A stretch of 41,970 bases of DNA from Bdellovibrionota bacterium (GCA_040754655.1 JBFMCE010000025.1:1-41970), one strand, 5' to 3'. Positions 9,701 through 20,600 are shown, counted from the stretch's first letter. Numbers and translations: made by a program. The notes: a model not told the origin generated them from the sequence alone.

Positions 9701-10995
9701 CGCTCATTCCGCGAAGTTTGAATGAAACGATCCAAAAAAGGGAGCAGAGAGGGATCAACGGGATCATGACCTATGGGTTGTTCCCCCGAACTTGGGGAAC
9801 AGCGATGTTTGGCGATGAAATCGCTCAAAATGATCCGACTCCTGGTCAACCTTGGGATGATGCGTATTGGGGTACGACCTGGACCGACTATCACAATACC
9901 TCCCTGACTGCCGCGATCTGGGCCATGCGATCGGGGCAAGTGCGGTATCTTGAGGAAATCACCGTGCCCGCCGCTCTTCGCATGCTGTACACGCAGGTCC
10001 AGCAGTGCGCGCCGGGCAATTCTTATTTCTTTTGCGCGCAAGCCCCCACGGGTTATGGCGGCTATCGCGCTGACAACAACGGGTCTCACGGTTATTTTGA
10101 AAACCTCTTCTTTTATTACTGGATGACGGGCGACTCGACCGTGACTGAGACTTTGAGTAGAGGAGCCTCCTCGATGCGAAGCTACCTCTGCCGATTCAGG
10201 CCTGGTGCTTCGTGTGGTCCTACGGTACTGCCGGCTGATGACTGGGCGGGCCTTTCTGGCAGAGTGGGTTCGCAATGGAATGCCGTCTTTCGTTTCGTGG
10301 GTCTTGCGAGCAGTGACGCAAGTTTTCTCGACGACTATGCGGCAAATGTCGCGCGCGTGGTGACTCAAAACTACGTTGAGGTTGTAAGCGGCGGACGGCG
10401 CTATGGGTTGTACGGAAGCATCGATCCCAATTCAGGCCTCGTGACCCAGCGCTCCTGGGCGACGTCTGGCACTCTTTCAACCGAACAGATCTGGATGGCC
10501 TCGCTTTACGACTTCAATCAAATTTATAGATACATGATCGATAGCAATGACGCCCCTCTGGGAAGCCCGGCTCTTCCGCCGAGCAGGGTCTTGACTTCGT
10601 GGACCCGCACGCTGGTGGATCACGCTTCACGGATCGCAAGCCTTGATGGAGGACCTGCCCGAGGAACAGGCGGCGCGACTGGGATGTGGCCCAATACGAT
10701 TCGTTTCACCTGGTCGGGCGAGCGTTTGAACGGCACTCTGGCAAGCATCACCGGCCCGGTGTCGTCCTCAAACCTTGATAGCGCGTTGTACGACACGGGC
10801 AAGGCTTGTCTTTCTGCGGTTGTCATGCGGTCTGCCGTTCTTGCGGATGATGCAAGTTTTGGCGCGATGGGGCGAGACTTGACCAGGTTCTCGCTGGCGT
10901 CGGCAAATGCCTCAGGCGAGCCCTTGAACAAGGCCTTAGGATTGTATCTAACGCGATTGCATTCAGCGATCGCAAGATACATGAGCGCGCCCTGA
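6739..10995 (+). CDS. Large secreted modular protein: two FN3-like modules, LamG/ConA-like domain, PT linker, YetA/exo-rhamnogalacturonan-lyase-like region
   Basis: Signal peptide; [12 protein letters not shown] and [12 protein letters not shown] modules; GEVEFYFRP...WVHIRASWD...LRLFVNG; ETEGVAR...SGVPLPR...FRVLARW...[14 protein letters not shown]. Confidence 0.75.
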   Translation: MRKIFLIFGLLWSVSTQAITLPAADPAFPLQFRTSASAKGYHGFDYQFTTALSDLDLFSSGFRVFYTILGRQAEFDPTDYVELRVGMNSSARTASSPESYLLSLASGLNTIRLVRVNHLPAGTSIGLRVCMPLAGSNGLRCSAQLVGQTLGAAPISVETQGQPLPAAIGSLATSSPIVIPTEHQLTYAPGATRLSLVDYPLANYRAYECPPSSQRCVALSSATTPIARIQGNPENGLSYRVIMTSLNPGSTHSFVVCAHPASSGLAVRCSNRMAGATTGPALTLPRQVVSSYLQSTLASTSAITAPQVGAGGITNLAASEFASFEGRAGAYLRGNAYVRFPLNGSWDLNRGEVEFYFRPNYAPQDDDIPHQLLVIGDIYQAPRIVLSESDTLSLQVMTPNWSSHVVASDWRQPLWRASEWVHIRASWDSSHATDSLRLFVNGARVAPNRVVPGGWAVQTAATSIQRSAVFVGSANVDGMASANAVIAGLTIRPTVGGGGGAPAPTPAPTPVPTPVPTPTPTPTPTPVPTPVPTPTPTPVPTPTPTPTPTPTPAPVPGALVTSLEVRETEGVARNSEILQSGVPLPRTLNITNVNELAVLNAQGQAIPAEFRVLARWHAGRNVVSAPIQWVLVSFPASVGANQSTSYQLVRGASSAQKPAIAQPITLTQSGNRITVNTGAASFVLGGSSASLFDEIRVASGAQIASGSSMTGVVNNTSLTHPTLRQVRIEHSGALSATVIVDGEYSLSPIGGGAISSQRRYTFKAGSPTAIVRHAVKWEGDLCGLGTLNCNGSMNAVLANRFSDSLTPTLAGSRRVTAVGAADSASLEAAISVNQTASVQQALRAQRTDAYRFSVNVPGAASQNGALADGGMLALNGSLSDGAQGTLAVALYHMHRYEPQALRVAANGSLSIDFVDNTAWIGSRQGLFATMAVSALSGSATRSALNERVWAPLNYPLRAWAPARWFNDSQAVDEFPVGALASELAAYDTLIPRSLNETIQKREQRGINGIMTYGLFPRTWGTAMFGDEIAQNDPTPGQPWDDAYWGTTWTDYHNTSLTAAIWAMRSGQVRYLEEITVPAALRMLYTQVQQCAPGNSYFFCAQAPTGYGGYRADNNGSHGYFENLFFYYWMTGDSTVTETLSRGASSMRSYLCRFRPGASCGPTVLPADDWAGLSGRVGSQWNAVFRFVGLASSDASFLDDYAANVARVVTQNYVEVVSGGRRYGLYGSIDPNSGLVTQRSWATSGTLSTEQIWMASLYDFNQIYRYMIDSNDAPLGSPALPPSRVLTSWTRTLVDHASRIASLDGGPARGTGGATGMWPNTIRFTWSGERLNGTLASITGPVSSSNLDSALYDTGKACLSAVVMRSAVLADDASFGAMGRDLTRFSLASANASGEPLNKALGLYLTRLHSAIARYMSAP
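8239..8406 (+). repeat. Pro-Thr/Pro-Val linker repeat including perfect (CCAACT)x6 at 8356-8391
   Basis: Directly visible tandem hexamers encoding (PT/PV)n. Confidence 0.95.
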
Positions 10996-11040
10996 GAAGT
11001 CTTTGCGCCGTGAAGAAGCTCAATCAGGCTCATTGTCATA

Positions 11041-11076
11041 ACAAGCAGGCGGCAAAAGAGATTGCCGTCTGCTTGT
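11041..11076. terminator. Strong stem-loop after the large gene, probable terminator or stabiliser
   Basis: ACAAGCAGGCGGCAA / TTGCCGTCTGCTTGT, 15-bp stem with one G-U; no immediate U tract. Confidence 0.55.
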
Positions 11077-11154
11077 CTGAGCCTTTTCTAAAATATCCGG
11101 AATCGTTCAAAAAAAACTTCTGTTCGCCGCCAAACTGCTCTTAAACTAGATCTA

Positions 11155-12282
11155 TTGTCTAAACGTATTGTTCTCTTAGCTTTCTTTTTCATCCTTCTGT
11201 TTGCTGCAAAGAAAATCTTGCACCGAAATGGGTTCGTGCCTCAAGCCGAAGGAAGGCCGTCGGGCCGCAAGCTTGCCCAATCAGAGTTCTCTTCTTACCT
11301 TGAGCCTCTTTTAAAGCCTGAGCTCGTTTGGAAGACGCGTGGTTCGTTAAAGGGCGGCATTCTTGGAAAACCGATGCGCTTGATCGCCTCGCGCAAGCGC
11401 TACCGTGAAAGGCTCGATGAAATCGTGCGCAGCTACGCGCCGCGAATTTGGTGGCACTCAGCTGATCCCTTTGGCCCGATGGATCCGCTGAAGTTCGTGC
11501 AAAAAAGCTCTCTCTGGAAACGGGGTGCACCCGCCAAACAGCTCACGGCTCAGGGTGAACTGAAGCCCGAAGCGTTAAAAGGAGCGCACTCGGATTCGTT
11601 CTTGCGTTTTGAAGACCCGACCTATGGAACGGGCCAGATGCGCAACTGGGCCGTCGAAGCACTCGATAAGGAAGACTATTCAGGCTCATTTGAACCCGGC
11701 ACCGTTCCTATTTTCTGGAAAGTGAGCGCGAGCCCAGTGATTCGAAATCATCCGGTGAGGCAGGCCTTTGTTTTTATCGAGTACTGGTATCACGTCGCTT
11801 ACTCGCATGCGACGCGCTTTGGCGTGGGCAATCACCAAGGAGATTGGGAGGGGATGAGCGTTCTCGTTGAGCTTAGGCTTAGCGAGAGGAAAGAAATCCA
11901 GCACCAAGCCATCGCCGCTTTCTTGGCCTCGCACGAAGGCGGGCAGTGGCATTGCGCGCGTGAACTGGGATGGGTTGATCGGCATCCAGAGGTATATACG
12001 GCTCTAGGGACCCACGCGACCTATGCCAAGTCCGGCCATTTTAGAACCTCGGTCTTAGAGGATCAAACCAACCGTGGACGCCATTGGGATTCATGGCACT
12101 GGCTGGCCCCTCTTCATCTTGAGCCTTACTTTGGGTACCGCGGCCGTTGGGGCGAGGAACAAGTTGTGGGATTCATGTCAGGCCCTTTTGTCCCTGAAGA
12201 TGAAACGAAAACAATTCCCAAACAAGTCCGCGGGCGTGAAGAGGCTCTGGTCGCGGAAATCGAAAAACGCTGCAGTCTTTGA
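11155..12282 (+). CDS. Vps62-like (NPP1-related motif) membrane-anchored or secreted protein
   Basis: YAPRIWWHSADPFGP, EYWY...GNHQGDWEG, ASHEGG, HPEVYTALGTHATY, YRGRWG; N-terminal hydrophobic segment. Confidence 0.7.
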   Translation: MSKRIVLLAFFFILLFAAKKILHRNGFVPQAEGRPSGRKLAQSEFSSYLEPLLKPELVWKTRGSLKGGILGKPMRLIASRKRYRERLDEIVRSYAPRIWWHSADPFGPMDPLKFVQKSSLWKRGAPAKQLTAQGELKPEALKGAHSDSFLRFEDPTYGTGQMRNWAVEALDKEDYSGSFEPGTVPIFWKVSASPVIRNHPVRQAFVFIEYWYHVAYSHATRFGVGNHQGDWEGMSVLVELRLSERKEIQHQAIAAFLASHEGGQWHCARELGWVDRHPEVYTALGTHATYAKSGHFRTSVLEDQTNRGRHWDSWHWLAPLHLEPYFGYRGRWGEEQVVGFMSGPFVPEDETKTIPKQVRGREEALVAEIEKRCSL

Positions 12283-12344
12283 GGCTTGAGCGCAGTCGCA
12301 CAGCGTCGTGACACACCTGAAATCCAGGCATAGCTAAGATCCAG

Positions 12345-13328
12345 ATGAAGCATATTGGACTCGTCCTTTTGGTGGCGTACGGAATACTTCTGGCCTCGCA
12401 GAGCGCGCTTAGGGGCGATTATCTGCTTCTAGTCGCGATCTACGCGGTCACGCGATATGGGGGCAGTCGTATGCTTCGGCTTCATAAATTCCTTCTGCCC
12501 TTCATTGCGACGGCGATCATCTACGACAGCCAACGCTTTTACGCGCGTTGGTTGAGCCCAACGATCCACGTGCAAGAGCCGTATCTTTTTGACCGGCGTT
12601 ATTTCGGCATGCGCCTGGGAGATCAGCTTTTAACGCCAAGCGAATGGTTGCAGTTTCACACTCATCCGGTGCTTGATGTTCTTTCGGGGCTTACTTATCT
12701 GATTTACATCCCTCAATTCATCTTCGTGGCGGCGTATTTCTATTTTTGGCGCTCGAAAAAGAGCGCTTCTCAGAATGATCTTGTGATTCAACGGCGCGCT
12801 TATGCCATGCCGTGGTCATTTCTCTGGGTGAATGCGATGGGATACGCCACGTATCTCCTCTATCCGGCGGCACCGCCTTGGTATGTCTCAGAGCATGGGT
12901 TCTCGCAACCCACGGCTGCGGTGGCGTCGAATCCTGCGGGGTGCGTGCGTTTTGACCAGCTCTTTGGAACGGATGTGTTTGCGTCAATGTACGGCCGTGC
13001 CGCCAATGTCTTTGGGGCGATCCCATCCTTGCATGCCGCGTATCCGTTGCTCGCGCTCTTGTTCGCCTTCTATTTCAGAAGCCGCATCGCCGTGTTCTGC
13101 GCTATCTATTATGGGTTGATGTGTTTTTCAGCGGTATACCTAAACCACCATTACGTGCTCGATGTGTTATGGGGATCAGTTTATGCGGTTGTCGTTTTTG
13201 CGGGATGCGAGATTTGGGCGAATCACAAGACTTCGCAAGAGAACGCATTCGCTGCAGCAACTCAAAGGCTGAATAGTTTCCAACTACAGCGACCAGACCG
13301 AGACCGACTGCCATTGGATATGCAATGA
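12345..13328 (+). CDS. Aur1/Ipt1-like inositolphosphotransferase (PAP2_3 family)
   Basis: YLLYPAAPPWY, FGAIPSLHAAY, VYLNHHYVLD; multiple TM helices. Confidence 0.85.
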   Translation: MKHIGLVLLVAYGILLASQSALRGDYLLLVAIYAVTRYGGSRMLRLHKFLLPFIATAIIYDSQRFYARWLSPTIHVQEPYLFDRRYFGMRLGDQLLTPSEWLQFHTHPVLDVLSGLTYLIYIPQFIFVAAYFYFWRSKKSASQNDLVIQRRAYAMPWSFLWVNAMGYATYLLYPAAPPWYVSEHGFSQPTAAVASNPAGCVRFDQLFGTDVFASMYGRAANVFGAIPSLHAAYPLLALLFAFYFRSRIAVFCAIYYGLMCFSAVYLNHHYVLDVLWGSVYAVVVFAGCEIWANHKTSQENAFAAATQRLNSFQLQRPDRDRLPLDMQ

Positions 13329-13995
13329 AAAACTCTTGTTCGTTTTGAGCGGATTCAAACCACTGGATCGAAATCGGAGAGAGTAGCGCGCCTGCGGTGA
13401 GGTAAACCATGCGTTCAGCCCTGCGCATGAGAACGCTGCCGGGCTCGACGACGATGTTCTTGAACCTCGCCATGAGCGTCGCGTAGCTCACCATGTACGA
13501 ACCCAACAGCGCAAAAAGCGCCAATAAAAGCAGGTGAGGGTGAGGGCGGTAGTACAAGCACAGGCCCGCCAAAAAAGAAAATTCAACATACCTGTCAAGG
13601 TGCGAGTCAAGAATATAACCTTGTTCTGAAGTGGTCTCGGTCATTCGCGCCACCATCCCATCGACAGCATCAAGCAGAGCTGAGAGGCAGATGAGAATCG
13701 CCGCGAACCCAAGATGTCCGTAGGCAGCGCTCAAGCCGGCGGCCGCGCCAAGTCCGAGAGAGGCCCAGGAAAGGGTGTCTGGCGAGATTTTCTTTCTCAC
13801 GAAAAAACGCCCTAGCGGTTGCAAGGCCGCGTAGCCCGAGACCAAGAGTTTTTTTCCAAGAAGCTTGGTTGAGCCTTGGCGGTCAATGCGCTCGAATTGC
13901 GGCGCCTCGCCTCGGCGCACGCGAATGAAGTGCCTTGCGACGAGAACCAGAGAAAGAAAGATAAGAATGAGAGCCGCTATGAGTTCTAACACCAT
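13102..13995 (-). CDS. CDP-alcohol phosphatidyltransferase (PI/PIP-synthase-like)
   Basis: DAVDGMVAR...SEQGYILDSHLDRY signature; SYMVSY and MRRAER motifs typical of the PIP-synthase-like branch; ATG 13995 after GAGG. Confidence 0.85.
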   Translation of the reverse strand: MVLELIAALILIFLSLVLVARHFIRVRRGEAPQFERIDRQGSTKLLGKKLLVSGYAALQPLGRFFVRKKISPDTLSWASLGLGAAAGLSAAYGHLGFAAILICLSALLDAVDGMVARMTETTSEQGYILDSHLDRYVEFSFLAGLCLYYRPHPHLLLLALFALLGSYMVSYATLMARFKNIVVEPGSVLMRRAERMVYLTAGALLSPISIQWFESAQNEQEFFIAYPMAVGLGLVAVVGNYSAFELLQRMRSLAKSCDSPKSRIPQKRQPHKLIPITHRARNGGLGIPLKNTSTHNR

Positions 13996-14035
13996 AAGCC
14001 TCAAGAGCCATGAGAGTGAAAAAATCTACGGGTGT

Positions 14036-14515
14036 CTAGCGCAGAAGTTGTGATGAGATTGTGATGTCGCTTTGAAGCTTATACACCAGGTCAAGCGCTT
14101 GCCTTAGGAGCGAACGAAGCTCGGACTGCGTGTAGGTTTTTTTGCGAAGCGTTCTGCATCTGCGAGGCGAATCTGAAAGCTTGGTTTCAAGGTCAGCCAC
14201 GACTACTGCGGCCTCTCTCATGAGGAAGTGAAGCTGTTCTACGGTGTACATCTCTATTTCTTCAGAAAGAACAGCGGTATATTGGCTGCAATCTTTCGCC
14301 TCTGACTGTTTTTCACAAGCTTTTTGTTGCCTCGAAATCAGGGTGAGGACGAAAAATTCCTCATACGAAGAGCGCAAACCGCTCTGCTCATCTCCGAAAG
14401 AGTAATCGTTTGAGGCTCTTGGGCAGGCAGATTTTACCGGTTCTGTGGCATAGAGCGCGGTTGTGTGCGTCGCGATCAATAGAGAAACGAGAATTCTCAA
14501 GTGGCTGATTTTCAT
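14036..14515 (-). CDS. Hypothetical secreted protein with four Cys
   Basis: Signal-peptide-like N-terminus; fills the intergenic gap. Confidence 0.65.
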   Translation of the reverse strand: MKISHLRILVSLLIATHTTALYATEPVKSACPRASNDYSFGDEQSGLRSSYEEFFVLTLISRQQKACEKQSEAKDCSQYTAVLSEEIEMYTVEQLHFLMREAAVVVADLETKLSDSPRRCRTLRKKTYTQSELRSLLRQALDLVYKLQSDITISSQLLR

Positions 14516-14628
14516 TGCAAACTACCCACCTTCTTAAAAGGGTGAACTTTCTGAAGAGCGATCGATAACACTGGCTTGGGTGTGTGTAAACTAATTTTGT
14601 CGGGAATTGTGGGGGTCCGGCAGTTTTA

Positions 14629-14655
14629 TTTAGTTTAAGTGCTTGATTCCGATAA
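14629..14655 (+). promoter_or_regulatory. Candidate sigma28 (FliA) promoter
   Basis: TTTAGTTT-N11-TCCGATAA versus consensus TAAAGTTT-N11-GCCGATAA; ATG at 14664 follows 8 nt later. Confidence 0.55.
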
Positions 14656-14663
14656 GTATTTTG

Positions 14664-17600
14664 ATGACGACCCGACCTTTGAGCGCCATTTTTAAACGCG
14701 GTTTTCTAATAGCGTTTTTCACGCTGCTACTATTGAGCACGGCGCATGCGCAGCACAAGGTTTTTGAGGGTCTCGCGGAATTCCCAAATTATTTTCTTTC
14801 AAAAGAATTTCGTGCGCTCTCTCTAGACGAGATTGAGCGACTGCCCACCGCGGCTCGAACTCGTTACGAGAATGAGGTGAAGCAAGTCCGAGAGCAGCTC
14901 GCAAAGACACTGACCTCGATCTTCAATAGGGTGACGGTTCCTCTGGTTCCGATTGGGTCTAATAAACCAAAAATGTTGAGGTATTTCCCGTATCTTACCG
15001 GCGAGCTGCGAAAGATCGATCCGACGGTCAAGGTGATGCCAAGTGGCGGAGTGGTTCGCGCAGCTTTAAGTTATCTCTATAAAGAACTTTATGACCGCAA
15101 TGAAAGAGGAATCGAGGTCAATCTCATCGAATTTCTAAAGCAGATTGAGAAAGATTCGAAAGATTTGCCTGGAATTGAGATTCGTGGCGTAGGAAGCGAT
15201 TTTGACATCTTGGTTGAAACCGCTAGTGGCATGCTTGACAAGGTCAAGGGCAAAGCAACTAACATCACCAACAGTGCTGAAGAAGCCTATGAGTTTGTGA
15301 ACGAACGTGGCGGACTTAAACGTTCTCTCTTCGTGATCGGTGATGTGAAAGAGTACGGCGCGCAAACCGATCTTTCGACCAGGCAAGGCGGCAGTACGCT
15401 TGATTTTCTTGCTTTTGACCTTGAAGGAGGAAACTTCGTTGAACCACAAAAATATCGCACTATCATCGATGACTTCATCAAGGGATTTTATTCCTATGAG
15501 GCGCCCCATGACATCGTTCTAGATGCACCAAAGCAGACGATTCGTGGCGGTCGGCCTCTGCTTGAATTGCCATTCTTGAGGATCAAAGACGACGCCGTTC
15601 TCAAAGGCGAGCTCGTCGATCTTCTGAAGAAGATCGAGTCGGGAGAAGAAATTAGTCACAAGGCCATCGAGCAATTCGACAAAATGGTGCGTAACGCCAG
15701 GTACTCAGGCGCGCGCAACCGAATGTACCGAGCGAAGCCTGGCTCAATAGATGAGTTGTTTTTCAAGGTGGCAATGGGACTGAGCAAAAAAGTAGGGCGT
15801 GTGTTGCTGCCAGAGTTTGTGGATCAGAATCCTATTCGTTTGAGGTCTTTTAAAAAGTCTGAGCTCAATGGTCTGCCTGCTTCGCTTCTCACTCCGGTAG
15901 ACGAGTTTGTAAAAGAATTTACTAAAGACGGCAGCGGCACGGTTTATCACGGTACTCCTTCGACTGAAAACGGGATTGCGATCTTAAGGCAGGGCATTTT
16001 CATCAGCAAGACAGGGCAAGGCACTTCGGCTTATCACCGGGGCGCCTATTCAAGCCCTGATTTGAGTGTTGCTCAGTCTTATGGGCGCGGAGACGGAATC
16101 GTCTTTGAACTTAAAATCAAGAATGACAAGAGGGTCAATATTTTAGATTGGGAAAAGGCGAAGGATGACCTTTGGATGAAAGCCCTCATCGCTGAAAAGG
16201 GTGGGAACATTGACCATGTTTTTGAAACACTCGCGCGAAAGCATGGCATCGACGTGATCATCAATCACCATGTTCTTATTCAAAATGCCGACGCCTTTGA
16301 AATTCATGGTGGCCTAGGGAGCCTCATCAATGCTTACAGGCTAGCTGCGATGAATAAGACGGGATCGATCAAGGCGCGTCTTTCTGCTTTTAGAAGTTTT
16401 CAAAAGCTCAGGCAGTACACCTTTGCCCTTGGCGAGGATGTGGCCGATATCCCTATTGAGGGCCTTCTTGAGGAAGTTGTTGCGCAAAGAAAGGGTTTCA
16501 AAGAGCTTTTTGAAGGACTGCTCGACGAAGATTTCTCATTTGCAAGGCAGTCGATACGTCAAAGTAAAAAGCTAAAATCGCTTTTGCGAACGGGAATAGT
16601 AGCGGTGTGGCCGCTACCTTATCTTCAGATCGAGAACTTTCCTTGGGATATCGACGATCCAGAAGATGTGGCTCTGCTCAAAAAAATTGACCAACGCTAC
16701 CCAAGAAATTCGGCTCCCCCGATAAAAGCGATCCGGTCGCAACTGGTAGGCCTTGAAGGGCTTCGCGAAAATAATATCGCGCCTGAGATGATTACGGATC
16801 CAGAACTCAGGGAAGACTTCAAAAGAGCTCGTAGTCTATCAACGCGACGCGATTATTTAGAGCAGGCGCTTAAGAAAATGTTTGAGCAAGATCCGGTTCG
16901 ATTTTTAGAACTCTTTCCGGGGAAGGATGAGGAATATAAGCTGCCAGACGCCATGGGTGTTGAGCTCTTAAAAAAGATTGCTAAGAAGTCTCGCAAAAAA
17001 TTGACGCATAAAGACCTTGTTTTAATCGACCATCTTACTCGCAGAGGTTACCGGACCACGGTTGTCGATCTGCTTACCGCTAGAAAAGAGGCTAGAGATC
17101 AAACGATAGCTTCACTTAAAAGTTCAAGAAAACAGGGCACAAGAACAGTGATCGAGATTCTCGGTCTTCTAAGTCAATATCCAAAGGATCGAACATATCA
17201 AGAAGCTTCGGAAAATCTTATCCGAGAGCTAAAGTCAGATCCAAAGTGGCGTGCCGAAATTCGCGATTGGTTTTTGGACCAAGGTGATCTTTTTGAAGGA
17301 AGTATATACTCGGGCGCCCAAGGGTGGAAGCGTTTTCCTTGGGACTTGTCGGATGCCAATGATGTTCGTGTTTTACGAGAAGCTCTGAGCAATCGTGAAC
17401 AAAAGAAGAGGCGCTATCTTGATGTGCTTCTTGAGTTGAGACAAAAAGAAGGTCACTCATTTTCAATTTCAGAAGGAGAGCCTCACAAGACAGTCAGTAC
17501 GGATTTGATCTACAATCCTAAACTAAAAGAAGAGTACATCGAGGCAAAGGCAGACTATGTGACTTCAGGCAGTCAGGGTCGCAAGGGCTGGGTGGATCAA

Positions 17601-20600
17601 GTGCTTGAACACCTCTCTCAAACACAACCAAAGAAGTATCAAGAACATTTTTCAGAAGGAAAGAAAGCCCTTTTTGAGAGCCATCGCTGGAACTATTGGA
17701 CAGAAATCGTAAGAAAGTTCAACGAACATGGTGAAAAAGCTCTGAACGCAGAAGAGAGAAAAGTATTTAGAGAACTGCTTAATAGGCCTCTCGTTCAAGC
17801 AGATTATTCTCTTTATCACTTACTTGTGGTGTCAGACGGCAGAGCGCGAGAAAAAATTCTAAACCGAGTCAAAAGCTTTTCGGCCCATGACCAGGTCGAT
17901 GTGATCCTCTTTCTTTTAGATGATGATAAAGCCAAGAAAGTAGTGTTTGCAGCTTTAAAAAGAACCAAAAGTTTTTCTGAAATCAAAAAAAGCATGCGTC
18001 TTCAGTTGAAACAGAAGCTCGACGCGAATATCGCTGATGATTCTACTGCTTATTCAAAGTTTCCTTGGGACATGAATGACCTTGAAGATGTCGCTTTTGT
18101 AAAACATGCTCAAAAGAAGTATTCAACACCTTCTGAAAGGTCTCTAGATGCAGTCGCCGTTCAGATCAAATCACGCCAGTCTGAGTTCTTCGGTGTGCAA
18201 CCTAAACAGATGCCCCCTGAAAAAGTAATAGATCGAACGCTTCGAGAACAACTGGTTCTTGCTCAGCGACAACATAAGGTTTCAAACCAGGTCAATGCCA
18301 TTCTAAAACAGTTCTCTGAACAAGACCTTAATCAATTCATTAGAGAGTTTCCCTCGACCGCCCTGAAAGTAGAGGTTCTTCCTTCGTTCAGCGCCCCACT
18401 CCTTGCCAAATCAAAGAAAGGCAGTCGTGCAAAGATCACTCAAGAAGATTTAAATCTAATTGATTACCTTGTTCGAAATGAGGACACTTCATCACTGATT
18501 CACTTTTTAAATGGCCGCCCGGAGATTCAAAATCATGTCTTACGCTCTTTAAAAGAGTTTGGCCAAAATGGCGTAAAGATAGCGATCCGAATCCTCTCAG
18601 GAAATAATGAGATAAAAGGAGTCGAGGCACGCGTAGCCTTTGAAAATAGCGCGATTCAGAGGCTTGTGCGTGCGCTTAAAGAAGATCAAGAATGGCGAGC
18701 CCAAGTGCGTTTTTACTTTTTTTCTCAAGGAGATACTTGGGATCATGAATTTCAACTGAGCAACCAATTTCAAGGATGGAAAAACTTTCCTTGGAATTTA
18801 AATGATCCAAACGACCTAGAAGTTTTACGTGTTGCATCGTCAGACCGCGAGGAAAAGAGAAAGCGCTATATTGAAGTTTTAGGCGAACTTAAAGAAAAAG
18901 AGGGCCTGCCCTTCGATTTGCATTTTGAACATCCGTCTCGGACGCCGAATCCAAAAGAGGTTTATGATCCTGGTCTCAAACGCAGGTACATTAGGGCAAA
19001 GATTGAGTACTACCTTTCGCAAAGCAGTGAGTCTGAAGGAGTGGCGGGCAGGATCTTGCAACACCTGGCCGCAAAACATCCTAAAGAATACAAACGCCAT
19101 TTTGGATTTCAACACAAGCCAATCTCTCGAGATACCTACAATTGGAAATGGTGGGAGTCTCTTATTCAAAAGCTCAATGAAGGCACAGAGAAGGCTTTAT
19201 CGAAAGACGAGCTCAAGGTTTTGCAAAGTTTGGTCAAACAACCTTTGCGCTATGACACCGCCCAGATCTATGAGCTCTTGATTAAAGAAGGGGGGCGAGC
19301 TCAGAAACTTGCCTTGCAGCGCCTAGAGAGATTTTCTGACCCAGATGACGTGAAGCTTGTTCTTTATCTTCTGAGAGGAGGCATGGCAAAGGGAAGCGCA
19401 AGCGAGACCGTAGAATTGGCTTTGAAGAACTCAAAAAGATATCCTGAAATCAAATCTCGAATGAGAAAACGGCTTTATGCAGTTACTGAAATCGAGCAAC
19501 GTTATGATTGGAATGATTTTCGTGAATTCCCGTGGGATGTGAATGACCCGCAGGACGTGAAGTTTCTTAAGGAAGTGAGTTCAAGGTTTTCGGAGGTGCC
19601 ACCGAGATCGCTTGAAACGATCAGCCATCGAATCGGTGTGTTGCAACCTGAAGTCGCCCCTATGGGTCCTCAATATATTGCACCAGAAGTCGTGATTGAT
19701 CCGGTGTTGCGTGAAGAGCTGCGTCGAGAACAGAGAAGAGAGCGCGTTTTATCGAGAGTCGGAGGCGCCTTGAATAAAATGCTCTTTCAAGATCCTGACC
19801 GTTTTATTGAGCTCTTTCCCATTCCTGAATCCACTCGAGGCCTTCCGGTCGAAAGATATCAAATATTTTTTGAGAAAATCAAAAAACAAAATGCTGATCC
19901 GTTGAATAGTCATGATCTTGCGCTTGCAGATTACCTTGTTCGTAGGCAAGAGATTTCTTCGATTGCTTCTCTTTTGACTTCTCGAGAAGAGATTCGAGAT
20001 CAGGCGTTGAAATCGCTAAAGACCCTAAAAGGTGACGCACTTGCAGTCATCATTGAAATCCTTGGTGAGACTAAAGTATCAAATGACGAGGCTCGTGCCG
20101 TGCTTTTTAAAGCCTTAAATGGTGATAAGGCGTGGCGTGCTGAGATTCGAGACGCATTTTTTACGAAAGCTGATCCGTGGCGACTGGAGCGACGGTTTCA
20201 AGAAGAGGTTAGCGGTTGGAAAAACTTTCCCTGGGATTTAGATGATCCTGATGACGTTGAGGTGCTTACCGAGGCCAACTTAGACGGAGCAAAAAAAGAG
20301 AGACGCTATCTTGATGTGTTGGCTGAGATGAAGCAACGAGAAGGCCATAGTTTTACAATTAATGAGGATGGCGTGCCTTATAAGACAGCCGAATTAGAGC
20401 ATGTCTACGACCTTGATCTTCGAGAAAGGTACCGCCGAGCAAAGGCAGAGTATTATCTTGCGCGAGTGGGTGAAAAAAAGGGGGTTGCCGCTAGAGTGCT
20501 CGATCATTTGGCACAAAGCCAACCTGAGAAATACAAGAGAGGTTTTTCTGTCGGGCGTCGCGCGGGCAAGGGTTGCGTCGAAAGGGTGAATATCAACCTG

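Noticed and set aside
9679..10368. 229-aa antisense ORF and similar short shadow ORFs elsewhere
   Set aside because: Fully antisense to strong genes, with Arg/Ser-rich non-protein-like composition
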